NCBI GenBank assembly: GCA_964397195.1
Contig: CAYNGY010000003.1
Location: forward strand, 5,836-69,835
Source: an uncultured Gammaproteobacteria bacterium
GTDB taxonomy: Bacteria > Patescibacteriota > Patescibacteriia > SBBC01 > CAIJZX01
Direction of reading: 5' to 3'
DNA: 64,000 nucleotides
Made by a program: the position numbers and the translations under genes
Part shown: positions 20,901 to 29,350 of the stretch, in pieces
How positions within the stretch are numbered: the stretch's first letter is position 1
Layout of the letters: each line of letters opens with the position of its first letter
Notes under the pieces: generated by a model
Database searches by the model: none
What the model was told of the DNA's origin: nothing
Seen by the model: only the letters and a program-made list of their open reading frames with translations

Positions 20901-21343
20901 GCACTCTGGGGGACGTAGGTGAGGTTGTTACCGGCCAGCTCGTCAAAGAGGAGCACGCCACCGCCGGTGCAAAAAGCAGTGCCAATGTTTCGGTACTCGA
21001 TTTTGTAGGTAATGACGTCTGTTGGCGCTATCGGGTTGGTGATAGTTGGGGAAATGGTCTTTTCTATCCACAAATTACAGACCGGGGTGGGCGTCAGGGC
21101 TGATTCGGGCGTGACTGTTGTTTTGGCGCTGTCGATCGGGGTCTCGGTCGTGACGGCTGGGGTTTCGGTTTCAGCGGCTCGAGCCATAGTTGGCTGCAGG
21201 AACACCCAGGTCATTGAAACGTTGAGGAGCATGGAAAGGGCCACCAACGCATTGGTGGTTTTCCACAGTCGCTCGCGAATTGTCTTCCTCGGGAGGAGGT
21301 TCACTCGGAGAGTCATATTCGTACGTCTTTCGTTAAAAAGCAT
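17900..21343 (-). CDS. giant sortase-anchored surface adhesin (DUF11 and Cna-B/SdrD-B-like repeats, LAXTG sorting signal)
   Basis: Signal peptide. Repeated prealbumin-like folds (TGTGQYI...FRW, GNYTVTESGPSGYAS). Two DUF11 domains (…TYTVVVTNAAAATDIAKNV…, …TYTITIKNIGDADATNVSIADSLPGGFTF…). C-terminal LATTG, then a hydrophobic helix and a TRTARHGR tail. Confidence 0.8.
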   Translation of the reverse strand: MLFNERRTNMTLRVNLLPRKTIRERLWKTTNALVALSMLLNVSMTWVFLQPTMARAAETETPAVTTETPIDSAKTTVTPESALTPTPVCNLWIEKTISPTITNPIAPTDVITYKIEYRNIGTAFCTGGGVLLFDELAGNNLTYVPQSAAITLIENDQDLQNNDPAPELISGFTGAGSHKQLANLHEIGPNEHGILTLQAKPVTKTICSWTVKNTGWTDGDQAASDRQFQSSNVTVQNSAYCPNGKISGHKYDTNQDGLANWKICLKPSAHTDALAAETTTPTCVFTNQSGYYEFTGLTSGDYDVWETLQAGWEYVTPANGSYTHVAVQSPNTVVKDFVNRQMTGALTVNKMVDENGTGQYIGVTGTATPFRWGLAGDAIANDRYMGSSEGNLLPDDYTVTEKPVADYDFVGWFYNASPTNNVRYTCTNPQFTTQPIIAHVTADATTEITLCNQRRTGTITFEKKVLGGNESPSAWTFTIDGVQGTYHHGDSVTLPLGNYTVTESGPSGYASDSVSGVCSDLKGTSASLSVTAQGGTCTFVNARETGTIKVNKMVDTTGTGQYIADNGLANTLGFRWQANGGADTLMGASVSVPTGWTNITESDVTGYHMTGWFYGTDGSCSNRDESKTFSTTGISGISAWVNVNAETEITLCNQRDTGAIEGYKWNDLNGNGVWDANEPVISGITMQTSHGQSAITNTLGYYRIDNIPTGTESITEVLPVGWINTNHTLTVTGISITFNGVARVDFGNFQRTSIGGQKFNDLNNDGLKTAGEPGLANWTIQLYTFDAFRFAHPEIYGLNDGFIATVTTTTDVSGNFTFSDLGPGTYRIREINQAGWTQTSTNPADVSLVSGTPVAVQFGNHQDPPTIVKSPSLSITKSNTIVGFTNPGKTVTYTVVVTNAAAATDIAKNVILTDTLPNGFTFVDTGLATKTTSLGDLAIGQSKTLTYVVQINGFQPAGTYINTASAKGDNTTTVIATSTVEVRVPQVLGATSEPTLTIIKTVSPTTTTPGGIITYTITIKNIGDADATNVSIADSLPGGFTFVDTGTRTHTFNLGTIEPSHTRVIHYDVKVGSSVKAGVYKNVAVLTADDLEQQIVKAAVTIKAPAVLGLATTGPSVRDYLIFLAGMVLCAAGLTLTRTARHGRVLA

Positions 21344-21671
21344 GGGATAAAACGAATTGATAATTGTGAAGAAATCCAGCAGTAAGTACCTGATTTTCCA
21401 TTACAAAAAACACGCAATCGCCCGGTAACGGGCGCTGTATGATTGCAAGGAAGTACTTTTTGTTGAACTTTTTCAGTCGCAGGCCGATAAAACGGCCTTT
21501 TTCAAACAAAGTGCGATACCTGAGGAAGGGGCGAAGGAGAGAGAAGGTGCGCTGTTTTCGTGTCCATACTTTACTAGCCAGAGACGCGACTGTCAAATGA
21601 CAGTCGGACGGATTTTTGTCGCGAAAAAAGGCCTAAAGATGGACCATTATACCTATCCACAACCGCTGAAA

Positions 21672-22169
21672 TTACAACCCAGATCGTTTACCAACTACCA
21701 CCACAACAAGGGTCGAAAACGGGTATCCGGAGGGGTTCTTTACGATGGCAATGCCGATATCTTGGTACTTCTTTCCGAGGAGGATGTTTCGGTGATTCAG
21801 CGACTGGCTCCAAGCGGAGACCATTTCTGTTGCAGTTTGGTAATCGGCGGCAATCATTTCGCCGCTCGCCGTTGCCTGGTAGCCAACTTGGCGCATGATG
21901 GCGCTCACAGTGGTCGTTTTGGTGCCGTGACTTAGTTTTGAGGCACGAATGATGTCCTGTGCGCGCAATCGGGCCACGGTGTTTAATCGAACGTTAAGAC
22001 GTAGATTTGCCACATGTTTTGCGACACGTACGGTGTTAATCTTTTGTTGCAGCGTCGCTGTGGACAACGTGGCCGCTTCGGTTCTTAGCGGGACGGCGAT
22101 CAGCGCCGAGCCGATGATGATTGAAACCACTATTCGAACATAGTTCATGGCCAAACGGTACCACGACAT
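21672..22169 (-). CDS. secreted CAP/SCP/PR1-like domain protein
   Basis: Signal peptide. CAP-domain core ...GEMIAADYQTATEMVSAWSQSLNHRNILLGKKYQDIGIAIV. Confidence 0.65.
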   Translation of the reverse strand: MSWYRLAMNYVRIVVSIIIGSALIAVPLRTEAATLSTATLQQKINTVRVAKHVANLRLNVRLNTVARLRAQDIIRASKLSHGTKTTTVSAIMRQVGYQATASGEMIAADYQTATEMVSAWSQSLNHRNILLGKKYQDIGIAIVKNPSGYPFSTLVVVVVGKRSGL

Positions 22170-22226
22170 ATCGTATTGCTCAACTTGCTTGAACGGGCGG
22201 AATTAGGGATACTATAGCCATACGCT

Positions 22227-23303
22227 ATGAAGTTGGTCATTTTTGCTGGTGGGAGCGGAACGCGGCTCTGGCCAGTCTCGCGAAAACACATTCCAAAACA
22301 AGCCCAACCGTTTGGTGATCGTGAGACGTTGCTCCAAAAAACGTATGCGCGATTGCGTCGTGGCTTTCGTACGCAAGATATTTGGTTAGCCACCGGTGCC
22401 GATCAGGCGCGGCTTTTGCGACGTCAACTGCCGGCGATGCCAAAAGATCAAATTATTATCGAACCGGCTCGTCGTGACACATCGGCGGCTATTGGCCTAG
22501 CCGCAACAATTCTTCATGCAAAATTTCCGCGGGAGATTATGGCCACGGTTTGGGCTGATTCCTATATTAAAGATCCGGATCACTACATCCAGTCGGTGAA
22601 ACGCGCTGGTCGGGTTATACGTCAGTATCCGGATCGGACCGTGCTGATTGGTCTGAAACCACGCTATGCTGACACGGGGTTAGGGTATTTACAGTTAAAA
22701 CGGAAAATAACATCGGTGGGCGGTATGCCGGTGTATCGGCTTGACCGTTTTGTAGAGAAACCAGATCAGAAAACGGCCGATAGGTTTGTGCGGAGCTGGA
22801 AGTATCTGTGGAATCCGGGAATGTTTATGTTTCGTTTGGATGCGATGTTACATAAATACGAGCGGTGGATGCCGGATTCGGCCGAAAAATTGCGGCAAAT
22901 TGCGACAGCGCTCAATACTCCCCGCGAAATGGCAACACTTCGCCGGATCTATCCGACGATGGAAAAGAAAGCCATTGAGTTTGCGATCATGGAAAAAGAC
23001 TCACAACTACTTGCGATTCCGGGAACGTTTATTTGGTCAGATGTTGGGACCTGGGCGGCAGTCCATGAAATGCTTGCTCGCCATCCGCGGCACAATGTAA
23101 CGAAGGGCAGGCACGTCAGCATTGACTCGGCCGGGAATTTGCTTTTCAGTTTCTCGGATAAAGTGATTGCCACGGCCGGGCTACATGATATGGTCGTGAT
23201 CGAGACGGATGACGCGATTTTAGTTTGTCCGCGGAATCGGACCCAGGATGTACGAGCCATCGTTCAGGAGATGGAAAAACAGCATTTACACGCACACCTA
23301 TGA
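22227..23303 (+). CDS. manC: mannose-1-phosphate guanylyltransferase (N-domain only type)
   Basis: GGSGTRLWPVSRKHIPKQ signature of ManC/GMP-type nucleotidyltransferases. No C-terminal cupin domain. Confidence 0.8.
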   Translation: MKLVIFAGGSGTRLWPVSRKHIPKQAQPFGDRETLLQKTYARLRRGFRTQDIWLATGADQARLLRRQLPAMPKDQIIIEPARRDTSAAIGLAATILHAKFPREIMATVWADSYIKDPDHYIQSVKRAGRVIRQYPDRTVLIGLKPRYADTGLGYLQLKRKITSVGGMPVYRLDRFVEKPDQKTADRFVRSWKYLWNPGMFMFRLDAMLHKYERWMPDSAEKLRQIATALNTPREMATLRRIYPTMEKKAIEFAIMEKDSQLLAIPGTFIWSDVGTWAAVHEMLARHPRHNVTKGRHVSIDSAGNLLFSFSDKVIATAGLHDMVVIETDDAILVCPRNRTQDVRAIVQEMEKQHLHAHL

Positions 23304-24319
23304 TTTGGCGCTGGATTGCTGGGGGAATAAGTCTGGTTGTCCTGGCTCTCGTAGGCGGGACATGGTGGGTTTTTCATGAAGTCTCGACGGTGAGCCGCAA
23401 CGAGCGGTCGGTTAATATTTCCATCCAAAAAGGTGAGGGGATTCGCTCGGTCGCCCAGGAACTTTTTAGCGCTAACCTGATCCCGAATCGCCAAGCCTGG
23501 CTGGCGTATGCTGGTTTGACCGGACGATTTAAGACGTTGTTACCGGGAACCTATGTCATCGAGCCTCAGACGAGCGGTAAGGCGCTGCTCGAGCGATTCT
23601 CGCTTGGTCCAATCGAAGATAATGAGGTGACGGTGACCATTCATGAAGGTCAGCATTTGAGTGACATCGCCACCCTGCTTGAGACAAAAGGCGTAGTTTC
23701 GGCCGATGCGTTTTTGACGCTGGCCCGTCACCCTTCGTCTTTCCTTTCAACTTGGCCGACGGATCTGTTCGCGAGTAAGCCGACGTCAGTTGATCTTGAG
23801 GGGTATTTGTTTCCCGATACCTACCGATTTTTCAAAAACTCTACGGCGGAGACCGTCATTCAGCGGATGGTCGAGACGATGGACGCGAAGTTGACCACGG
23901 ATCTTCGAACAGATATTACTGCGAGCGGCCACTCGATTCATGAGATCATAACGATGGCTTCAATTCTTGAACGTGAGGGTAAAAATACCGCTGACTGGGC
24001 GATGATCGCTGATATTTTTTGGCGACGGATAGCACTTGGCATGCCCCTCCAATCTGATGCGACGGTCAATTATGCACTCGGTAATACGAACCAGGCCACG
24101 ACCTCCATTGCCGATACCCAGACGGATTCCCCTTATAATACGTATGTGAACAAGGGTTTACCGCCGGGCCCGATAGATAATCCTGGCCTAGAAACGATTA
24201 AAGCGGCGATTCATCCGACGCCGAATGAGTACCTATTTTTCATCACGGTGAATGGAAAAGCGGTATTCGCCAGAACCTATCCCGAACATCTGAGAAACAA
24301 GCACACCTACCTTAAATAG
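23300..24319 (+). CDS. mltG: endolytic murein transglycosylase (YceG-like)
   Basis: N-terminal transmembrane helix. YceG-like domain. ATGA overlap with manC. The start is assigned to the internal ATG at 23300. Confidence 0.8.
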   Translation: MIWRWIAGGISLVVLALVGGTWWVFHEVSTVSRNERSVNISIQKGEGIRSVAQELFSANLIPNRQAWLAYAGLTGRFKTLLPGTYVIEPQTSGKALLERFSLGPIEDNEVTVTIHEGQHLSDIATLLETKGVVSADAFLTLARHPSSFLSTWPTDLFASKPTSVDLEGYLFPDTYRFFKNSTAETVIQRMVETMDAKLTTDLRTDITASGHSIHEIITMASILEREGKNTADWAMIADIFWRRIALGMPLQSDATVNYALGNTNQATTSIADTQTDSPYNTYVNKGLPPGPIDNPGLETIKAAIHPTPNEYLFFITVNGKAVFARTYPEHLRNKHTYLK

Positions 24320-24326
24320 CCTGATC

Positions 24327-24355
24327 TTGACAGGTTTTTCGTTTTCACGTAGTCT
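24327..24355 (+). promoter_or_regulatory. sigma70-like promoter of the rplJL unit
   Basis: TTGACA (24327-24332), a 17-nt spacer, then TAGTCT (24350-24355). Confidence 0.5.
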
Positions 24356-24490
24356 GTCGGTACTTCCAGAGACCATCGGTCTCCGCCTCGGGCGGAGATA
24401 ATGACCGCCCAGGTCGCCGATCGAGGGAGAAACCAATCGGTTTCTTGGTCTGTGGAGACACAGATTTTTTCGACTTTATCCTAGTTCTCT
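24356..24490 (+). ncRNA. structured 5'UTR resembling the ribosomal protein L10 (rplJ) autoregulatory leader
   Basis: About 135-nt leader with several stable hairpins (GAGACCatcGGTCTC, CCGCCtcgGGCGG, GAAACCaatcGGTTTC, GTCTgtggAGAC) immediately upstream of rplJ. Confidence 0.45.
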
Positions 24491-25024
24491 ATGGCGAAAT
24501 CACGTGTCGCAAAGAACCAAGAGCATGACGCTCTGGTCGATCGTCTTGGACGATCAGCTTCAGTTGTGTTCATCGGCTATTCGGGCTTGTCCGTCAAAGA
24601 TGTGACCGACCTTCGGGGTCGGTTGCGTAAATCTGATGCGGAGCTCGTGGCGGTAAAGAAAACGGTCTTGCGCCGCGCGTTGACGAGCGCGAACTACAAT
24701 GCGGATGAGGTGGATGCGCTGAATGGAGAGATTGCTCTCGCGTTTGGCTTCACTGATGAAATTACGCCGGCCAAGATTCTCGCCGCCTTCGCGAAAGATC
24801 ACCAAGCGGTGGTGTTTAAGGGCGGACTGGTGAATGGGCAGTTCCTGACGGCGAGCGCCGCCAAGTCGCTCTCCCTGATGCCGGGTCGTGACGAACTTCG
24901 TGCCAAGCTGGTCTGGGTTATTGGTTCGCCGGTTTCAGGACTCGTTAACGTCTTGGCTGGAACGATTCGTGGTTTCGTCCAAGTTCTCAGCGCCCGTCAG
25001 GAGTCGTTACATACATCTTCATAA
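24491..25024 (+). CDS. rplJ: 50S ribosomal protein L10
   Basis: Sequence matches uL10 (…[20 protein letters not shown]…). Confidence 0.9.
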   Translation: MAKSRVAKNQEHDALVDRLGRSASVVFIGYSGLSVKDVTDLRGRLRKSDAELVAVKKTVLRRALTSANYNADEVDALNGEIALAFGFTDEITPAKILAAFAKDHQAVVFKGGLVNGQFLTASAAKSLSLMPGRDELRAKLVWVIGSPVSGLVNVLAGTIRGFVQVLSARQESLHTSS

Positions 25025-25058
25025 TCATTCAGTTAATTATTTTTTGAAAGGAACGTAT

Positions 25059-25466
25059 ATGTCAGACGATACGCAGAAAACAGTCGAGGTCCCAGCGAAG
25101 TTCAAAGAACTTGTCGAGAGCATTGAAAAGCTCTCGGTCATGGATCTGTCCGAACTCGTTAAAGTCCTTGAAGAGAAGTTTGGGGTAAGTGCGGCGGCGC
25201 CAATGATGATGGCGGCGGCGCCAGCGGCCGGTGACGCAGCAGCGGTTGAAGAAAAGTCTTCGTTCAACGTTGAGCTGGTCGCGGCAGGTTCGAACAAAAT
25301 TGCGGTCATCAAGGTGGTCCGCGAAGTTACCGGTAAGGGCCTGAAAGAAGCGAAGGATATGGTTGATGCGGCCCCGAAAGTCGTCAAAGAAGGCGCATCG
25401 AAAGAAGAGGCTGAGACCTTAAAGAAACAGCTTGAAGAAGCTGGGGCCCAAGTGGCGCTGAAATAA
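25059..25466 (+). CDS. rplL: 50S ribosomal protein L7/L12
   Basis: N-terminal dimerisation helix. Ala/Pro hinge ([14 protein letters not shown]). C-terminal domain [34 protein letters not shown]. Internal ATG at 25059. Confidence 0.95.
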   Translation: MSDDTQKTVEVPAKFKELVESIEKLSVMDLSELVKVLEEKFGVSAAAPMMMAAAPAAGDAAAVEEKSSFNVELVAAGSNKIAVIKVVREVTGKGLKEAKDMVDAAPKVVKEGASKEEAETLKKQLEEAGAQVALK

Positions 25467-25478
25467 TCTCGGTATGGT

Positions 25479-25510
25479 AAACAACCGCCTCACGGCGGTT
25501 GTTTATTTTA
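25479..25510 (+). terminator. Rho-independent terminator after rplL (bidirectional position)
   Basis: AAACAACCGCC-TCAC-GGCGGTTGTTT hairpin followed by ATTTTACT. Confidence 0.7.
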
Positions 25511-27746
25511 CTGGGAGATCGTAACTGTCTACCTGGGTGCCGCGAAGAACGTAGATTTTCTTCGCGGTTTCATCAATCGAGAAATCGGTCGCTGTCCCCA
25601 GATCGGCCGACACCAGTTGTCGCTGGAGGGCGCCTTCTTTTGAGAAAACGATAATTCGTTTCTGTGATGGATCGAGCACGTACAGTGATGTGCTAGCTGT
25701 GGTTGACCAGAGGTGGGTGAGAGAGGTGAGGGTGGGGACAATCGCATCCGTTTTCCATGATGCTTTCCGACCACTGAAATACTTTTCGATGTTCCCGTTC
25801 TTATATCCAATATATACAGACCCATCGACGATCAGGTCGACTCCGTTTTGCAGAGACGGGGTATCCTTGAGCCAGTTTACTGGGCCGCTGAATGTTGTGC
25901 CCGCTTTGGTATAGCGTAAAAGACGACTTGCTTGGGTATCGAGCATATACAGGCGCTGTTCGAAGGCGGTCATACTTGCGACGGTCGGTCGCGGTGTTGA
26001 GAAGGTCGCTTCACTGGGTACCCACGTATTGTTGGCCGGGTTGTACTCGACAATGCCTGGGCGATCGGTGGTCATGACAATGCGGGTGCCTTGGACCGTC
26101 GCTGCAACGGGTGTGCCAATATCTGGTGCCGTGGCGGCGGCCGTGACGTCCTTCGTCGTGCGTTGGATCGCCCAGATGTTGGCGTGGTCATACTGGACGA
26201 CGTAGACTGAGGTTCCGATTAGGACGAGTCGATTCGGTTTCTGGGCACCGTGGGATTGCAGATCGGCCAGTGCTGTACTGGCACCGAGTGCAACTTCGTG
26301 AGCCAGCGCAGCCCGGATGGTGGCCAGGTCGCCGACGAGCCGGTCGTGGGTCTCACGATCGGTCTTGCGCTTGGTCGGTAGCGTAGTCAGCTTCGTTTCG
26401 GCAGTCGCGAGGGCTTCACGAGCAATAGATTCACCGCCATATGCAAGGGCCGCACGAGCGCGGGTAATCTCAGCCTCGACCTCGGTGGCGGTAGTTTGTG
26501 CAGTGACGGGTGATGTTGGCGTTCCGTTTCTGGCCAGAATTGCAGAAAGCAAGATGAGGCCGACAAGAATAACGGCACCAATGCCCCGCTGAACACGGTT
26601 CGTCCGTGACCACCAACCCAAGATCCGATGCGGAATAGACGTTCTGACGGTGGATGGAACGGGTGTGGTGGTCCGCTCCGGGCGTCGGATCATCCGTCGA
26701 ACATTTTGTGCGCCGATAACGGCTGAGGCACTCATTCGGCGGAAAGCGCTACGGACAAGTCCAAGGTTTGCCCCGAGGTTGAGACGGGGAATTGTCGTCG
26801 ATTCTCGCACCGGCGGTACTATCGGCGTACCAGTGTTAATGAGTGTGCGGCGCGGAGGGCGACGGAGTACGAGTGTGCGGAAGCCACGATCAATGGTGCG
26901 CCAAACGGAGGCGGCGGTTTCTTTAATGGCCGGCCAAACTGAGGGCGTCAGAATCCGCTCGGTCGTTCGTTCCGTACTAATCAGTTCATCCATCGAGCGC
27001 TGTGGGGCTTGTCGATGAGGTGTCGGACGTTCAACGACGTGAGGCGACGCCGGCGTAATACTGATCGGCGCTTCGGCCTCGGCGGAGACTGAAACGACGA
27101 GTGCGCCGAAAGCCATGCTTGGGTCGACGTCAATCAGGGCCTGCTCAAAAAGTCGGACCGATTCATTCGGAGTGTGGTCGAGCACGGTGCGTCGAATCTT
27201 TTCCAGCGAGAAATAGTCGAGGAGTGAGGGCAGACATATCAGAATGCGGTCAGCGGCTTCAACTTGGCCGGCGATGACATGCCCAAAGATTCGTAATGGA
27301 TTTGGGGGAGCGCTATCGGTTAGGCCGAGAATGTCGTGTAAACGAGATTTCCGGAGCAGATAGGCATGAACTGAACGTATTGGCGATAAAATGAGATGTG
27401 AGCCTTGAATCGCACCGACGAGAAAATGCGACCGTTGCACCCAATCATTCACTCCATCGGCGATGAGGGCGTGCAGGTGGCGGTTTGTGGCTTGGAGCGT
27501 CTCCTCAAACCGACGCTCAAAGGTTTGAGCTTCCGGCCGATAGAAATTCGTCCGTAGCTCGTCCTGCAAAATTCCAATGATTTCGTGGTTGACGTGGGCA
27601 GCGGAGTCGATCGCGCTGAGTAAAAAAATCTTCCCAAGGCCAGCGTCTTCGGTGTTCGTCGGTCGCCCAATCCAAACATTCACCGTACTTCGGGATCGGC
27701 TTGGGTCGTAGAGTAAAAGTGGTTCACACTCGGCGCGTAGAGGCAT
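25503..27746 (-). CDS. transmembrane protein: cytoplasmic PP2C-like (possibly degenerate) domain, one transmembrane helix, extracellular β-propeller-like domain
   Basis: N-terminal segments resemble PPM folds (AIDSAAH ≈ DGHGG region; GAIQGSHLILSPIRSVHAYLL ≈ NVGDSRAVL; RILICLPSLLDYFS ≈ LASDGLWD). Transmembrane helix GIGAVILVGLILLSAIL. The C-terminus has repeated β-strand motifs. Confidence 0.45.
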   Translation of the reverse strand: MPLRAECEPLLLYDPSRSRSTVNVWIGRPTNTEDAGLGKIFLLSAIDSAAHVNHEIIGILQDELRTNFYRPEAQTFERRFEETLQATNRHLHALIADGVNDWVQRSHFLVGAIQGSHLILSPIRSVHAYLLRKSRLHDILGLTDSAPPNPLRIFGHVIAGQVEAADRILICLPSLLDYFSLEKIRRTVLDHTPNESVRLFEQALIDVDPSMAFGALVVSVSAEAEAPISITPASPHVVERPTPHRQAPQRSMDELISTERTTERILTPSVWPAIKETAASVWRTIDRGFRTLVLRRPPRRTLINTGTPIVPPVRESTTIPRLNLGANLGLVRSAFRRMSASAVIGAQNVRRMIRRPERTTTPVPSTVRTSIPHRILGWWSRTNRVQRGIGAVILVGLILLSAILARNGTPTSPVTAQTTATEVEAEITRARAALAYGGESIAREALATAETKLTTLPTKRKTDRETHDRLVGDLATIRAALAHEVALGASTALADLQSHGAQKPNRLVLIGTSVYVVQYDHANIWAIQRTTKDVTAAATAPDIGTPVAATVQGTRIVMTTDRPGIVEYNPANNTWVPSEATFSTPRPTVASMTAFEQRLYMLDTQASRLLRYTKAGTTFSGPVNWLKDTPSLQNGVDLIVDGSVYIGYKNGNIEKYFSGRKASWKTDAIVPTLTSLTHLWSTTASTSLYVLDPSQKRIIVFSKEGALQRQLVSADLGTATDFSIDETAKKIYVLRGTQVDSYDLPVK

Positions 27747-27800
27747 ACATGGCGGTTGCCGACAGGTTCCAGTATACTATATTAGGACACACCAGGCGAT

Positions 27801-28376
27801 ATGCGTTCAACTCTTGACCAGCTTCTCGGATCACGGACACGGGCCAAAATCCTGCGTCTCGTCTTAACGAACCCGGAAAAGGCCTATTTTGTTAGGGAAA
27901 TCGTGCGAAAGGTGCGAGAACACCTGAATTCTGTACGCCGGGAACTGACCCTTTTAACAGATATCGGCGTGATCTCTACGGCTGGTGACGGGGTTAAGCG
28001 GTACTACCAAGCGAATCCGTCATATGGGCTTTTTGCGGAGCTAAAGGCTCTTCTCTTTAAAGCCGAAGTACTCGAAGAACAGCAATTATTGAGTGATATC
28101 CAGGGTAGCGGGCGAATACTGTTGTTAGTTTTGACCGGCTTTTTTGTGAATCGAGATGATGTCCCGACGGATGTACTGATTGTCGGAACCGTGAACCGGA
28201 CCCGCTTACAACGATTGATGACCACCTTCCAAGAACATTTTGATCGAGAACTGCATTACACGGTGCTCACCCGTCAGGAATATCTCTATCGCCATGCCCT
28301 GACCGATCGTTTTCTCTATGGCATCCTGAATGGTCCGGGTATCACCGTGATTGATAAGCGCCCGCGCCAACCGTGA
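27801..28376 (+). CDS. winged-helix transcriptional regulator with uncharacterised C-terminal α/β domain
   Basis: N-terminal wHTH (RAKILRLVLTNPEKAYFVREIVRKV). The C-terminal domain is not assignable. Confidence 0.5.
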   Translation: MRSTLDQLLGSRTRAKILRLVLTNPEKAYFVREIVRKVREHLNSVRRELTLLTDIGVISTAGDGVKRYYQANPSYGLFAELKALLFKAEVLEEQQLLSDIQGSGRILLLVLTGFFVNRDDVPTDVLIVGTVNRTRLQRLMTTFQEHFDRELHYTVLTRQEYLYRHALTDRFLYGILNGPGITVIDKRPRQP

Positions 28377-28870
28377 TTTTATTCGTGCAAACAAATATCC
28401 CCGGACGCTTACTCGTCTGGCTCACACTGCCCAGCGGTCGAATCGTCGGTCGGGTGGCGAAAGATATCGGCCCGGGTCAGTCGGACCAGTTATTAGGATT
28501 GGTTGATGATCTGATTCGTCAGCAGCCGGGCAAGGTGGCCGTTAAACGTATCGTTGTTGTTCGTGGCCCGGGGCCTTTTACGCCAATTCGGACCGGTTTC
28601 GTCATCGGTCAGACGCTCGCGATGATCTGGGGCGTTCCAATATTCGGCGTAGTAGCAAAGCATCCACTGACCGATGAACGTGTTGCTACGGCGGTAAAAA
28701 GTCTCGCCGCTAAGAAAGATTCGCGTGGCAGACTTCGCCCGTTCTATGGGCGCCAACCAAATATCAGCCGGCCGAAGCGTACGCCATACTTCGGGGCTCA
28801 ACAGCACGCGGGTCAAGGCCGCGGGCGAACTGCTGTAAAATCAAACCGGAAACGCCGAACCATTCTTTAA
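28373..28870 (+). CDS. tsaB: tRNA t6A biosynthesis protein TsaB (minimal form)
   Basis: ILFVQTN N-terminus and the GPGSFTG-type motif VVVRGPGPFTPIRTGFVIGQTLAMIWGVPIFGV. C-terminal PFYGRQPNIS resembles the TsaB end. GTGA overlap with the upstream gene. The 3' end is uncertain. Confidence 0.6.
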   Translation: MILFVQTNIPGRLLVWLTLPSGRIVGRVAKDIGPGQSDQLLGLVDDLIRQQPGKVAVKRIVVVRGPGPFTPIRTGFVIGQTLAMIWGVPIFGVVAKHPLTDERVATAVKSLAAKKDSRGRLRPFYGRQPNISRPKRTPYFGAQQHAGQGRGRTAVKSNRKRRTIL

Positions 28871-29342
28871 GCGTGGCTGTCGGAACACGCCGAAACGCGG
28901 TAAACGTCCGAATGCCGTGGGCTTCGAGAAAACGTGTCGTCCGTTCGCCGAGGCCCGGGAGGAGACGAATCGGGAGTTCAGCTAAGAACGCGTCGGTGTT
29001 GTTGGCGGTGACAATGGTGCAATGGGGGACGGGTCGGTACAGCGCGGCGGCCCGGGCGGTTGTTTTTTGGCTGCCTGCCCCAAAACGAATATGGGCGCCG
29101 TACATTCCACGCAAGGCGTTGTAGAGTTCGTGGATCCGTCGGCTTGTCATCCAGGGCTCCAAGAGGAAGTAGACGGAGCGCTGGGAGTCAATTTCCCAAG
29201 ACTGAACACCACGGAGCTGTGGGAATAAGTGGCTGCACTGGATGACCGCCGATCGCACTGGAAGCGCAACATAGGCGATCATACCCGAAGAAAAACCGAA
29301 CTGGGTTTGTGCAACAAATGGTCGTGGGTGAGGATACGACAT
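28764..29342 (-). pseudogene. truncated, catalytically dead Y-family DNA polymerase (DinB/ImuB-like) remnant downstream of lexA
   Basis: Aligns to DinB residues about 45-235 (…AGSQKTTARAAALYRPVPHCTIVTANNTDAFLAELPIRLLPGLGERTTRFLEAHGIRT…ARGLDPRAVEP). It lacks the N-terminal DMDxFF motif and the catalytic DE (SLDEAYLD → LEPWMTSR). There is no little-finger domain. The 3' end overlaps tsaB on the opposite strand. Confidence 0.5.
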
Positions 29343-29350
29343 AGTTTGGC

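Noticed and set aside
21481-21504. Hairpin AGGCCG-ataaaa-CGGCCT followed by TTTTTC in the leader of the LAXTG adhesin gene
   Set aside because: It is oriented as a plus-strand terminator, but no plus-strand gene ends upstream. It could be an attenuator or antisense element, and the evidence is insufficient to annotate it.
28493-28816. Minus-strand ORF that could be the missing little-finger domain of the Y-family polymerase
   Set aside because: It lies antisense to the conserved core of tsaB (GPGxFTxxRxG motif region). Its translation shows no convincing little-finger similarity. Treated as an artefact, which leaves the polymerase truncated.
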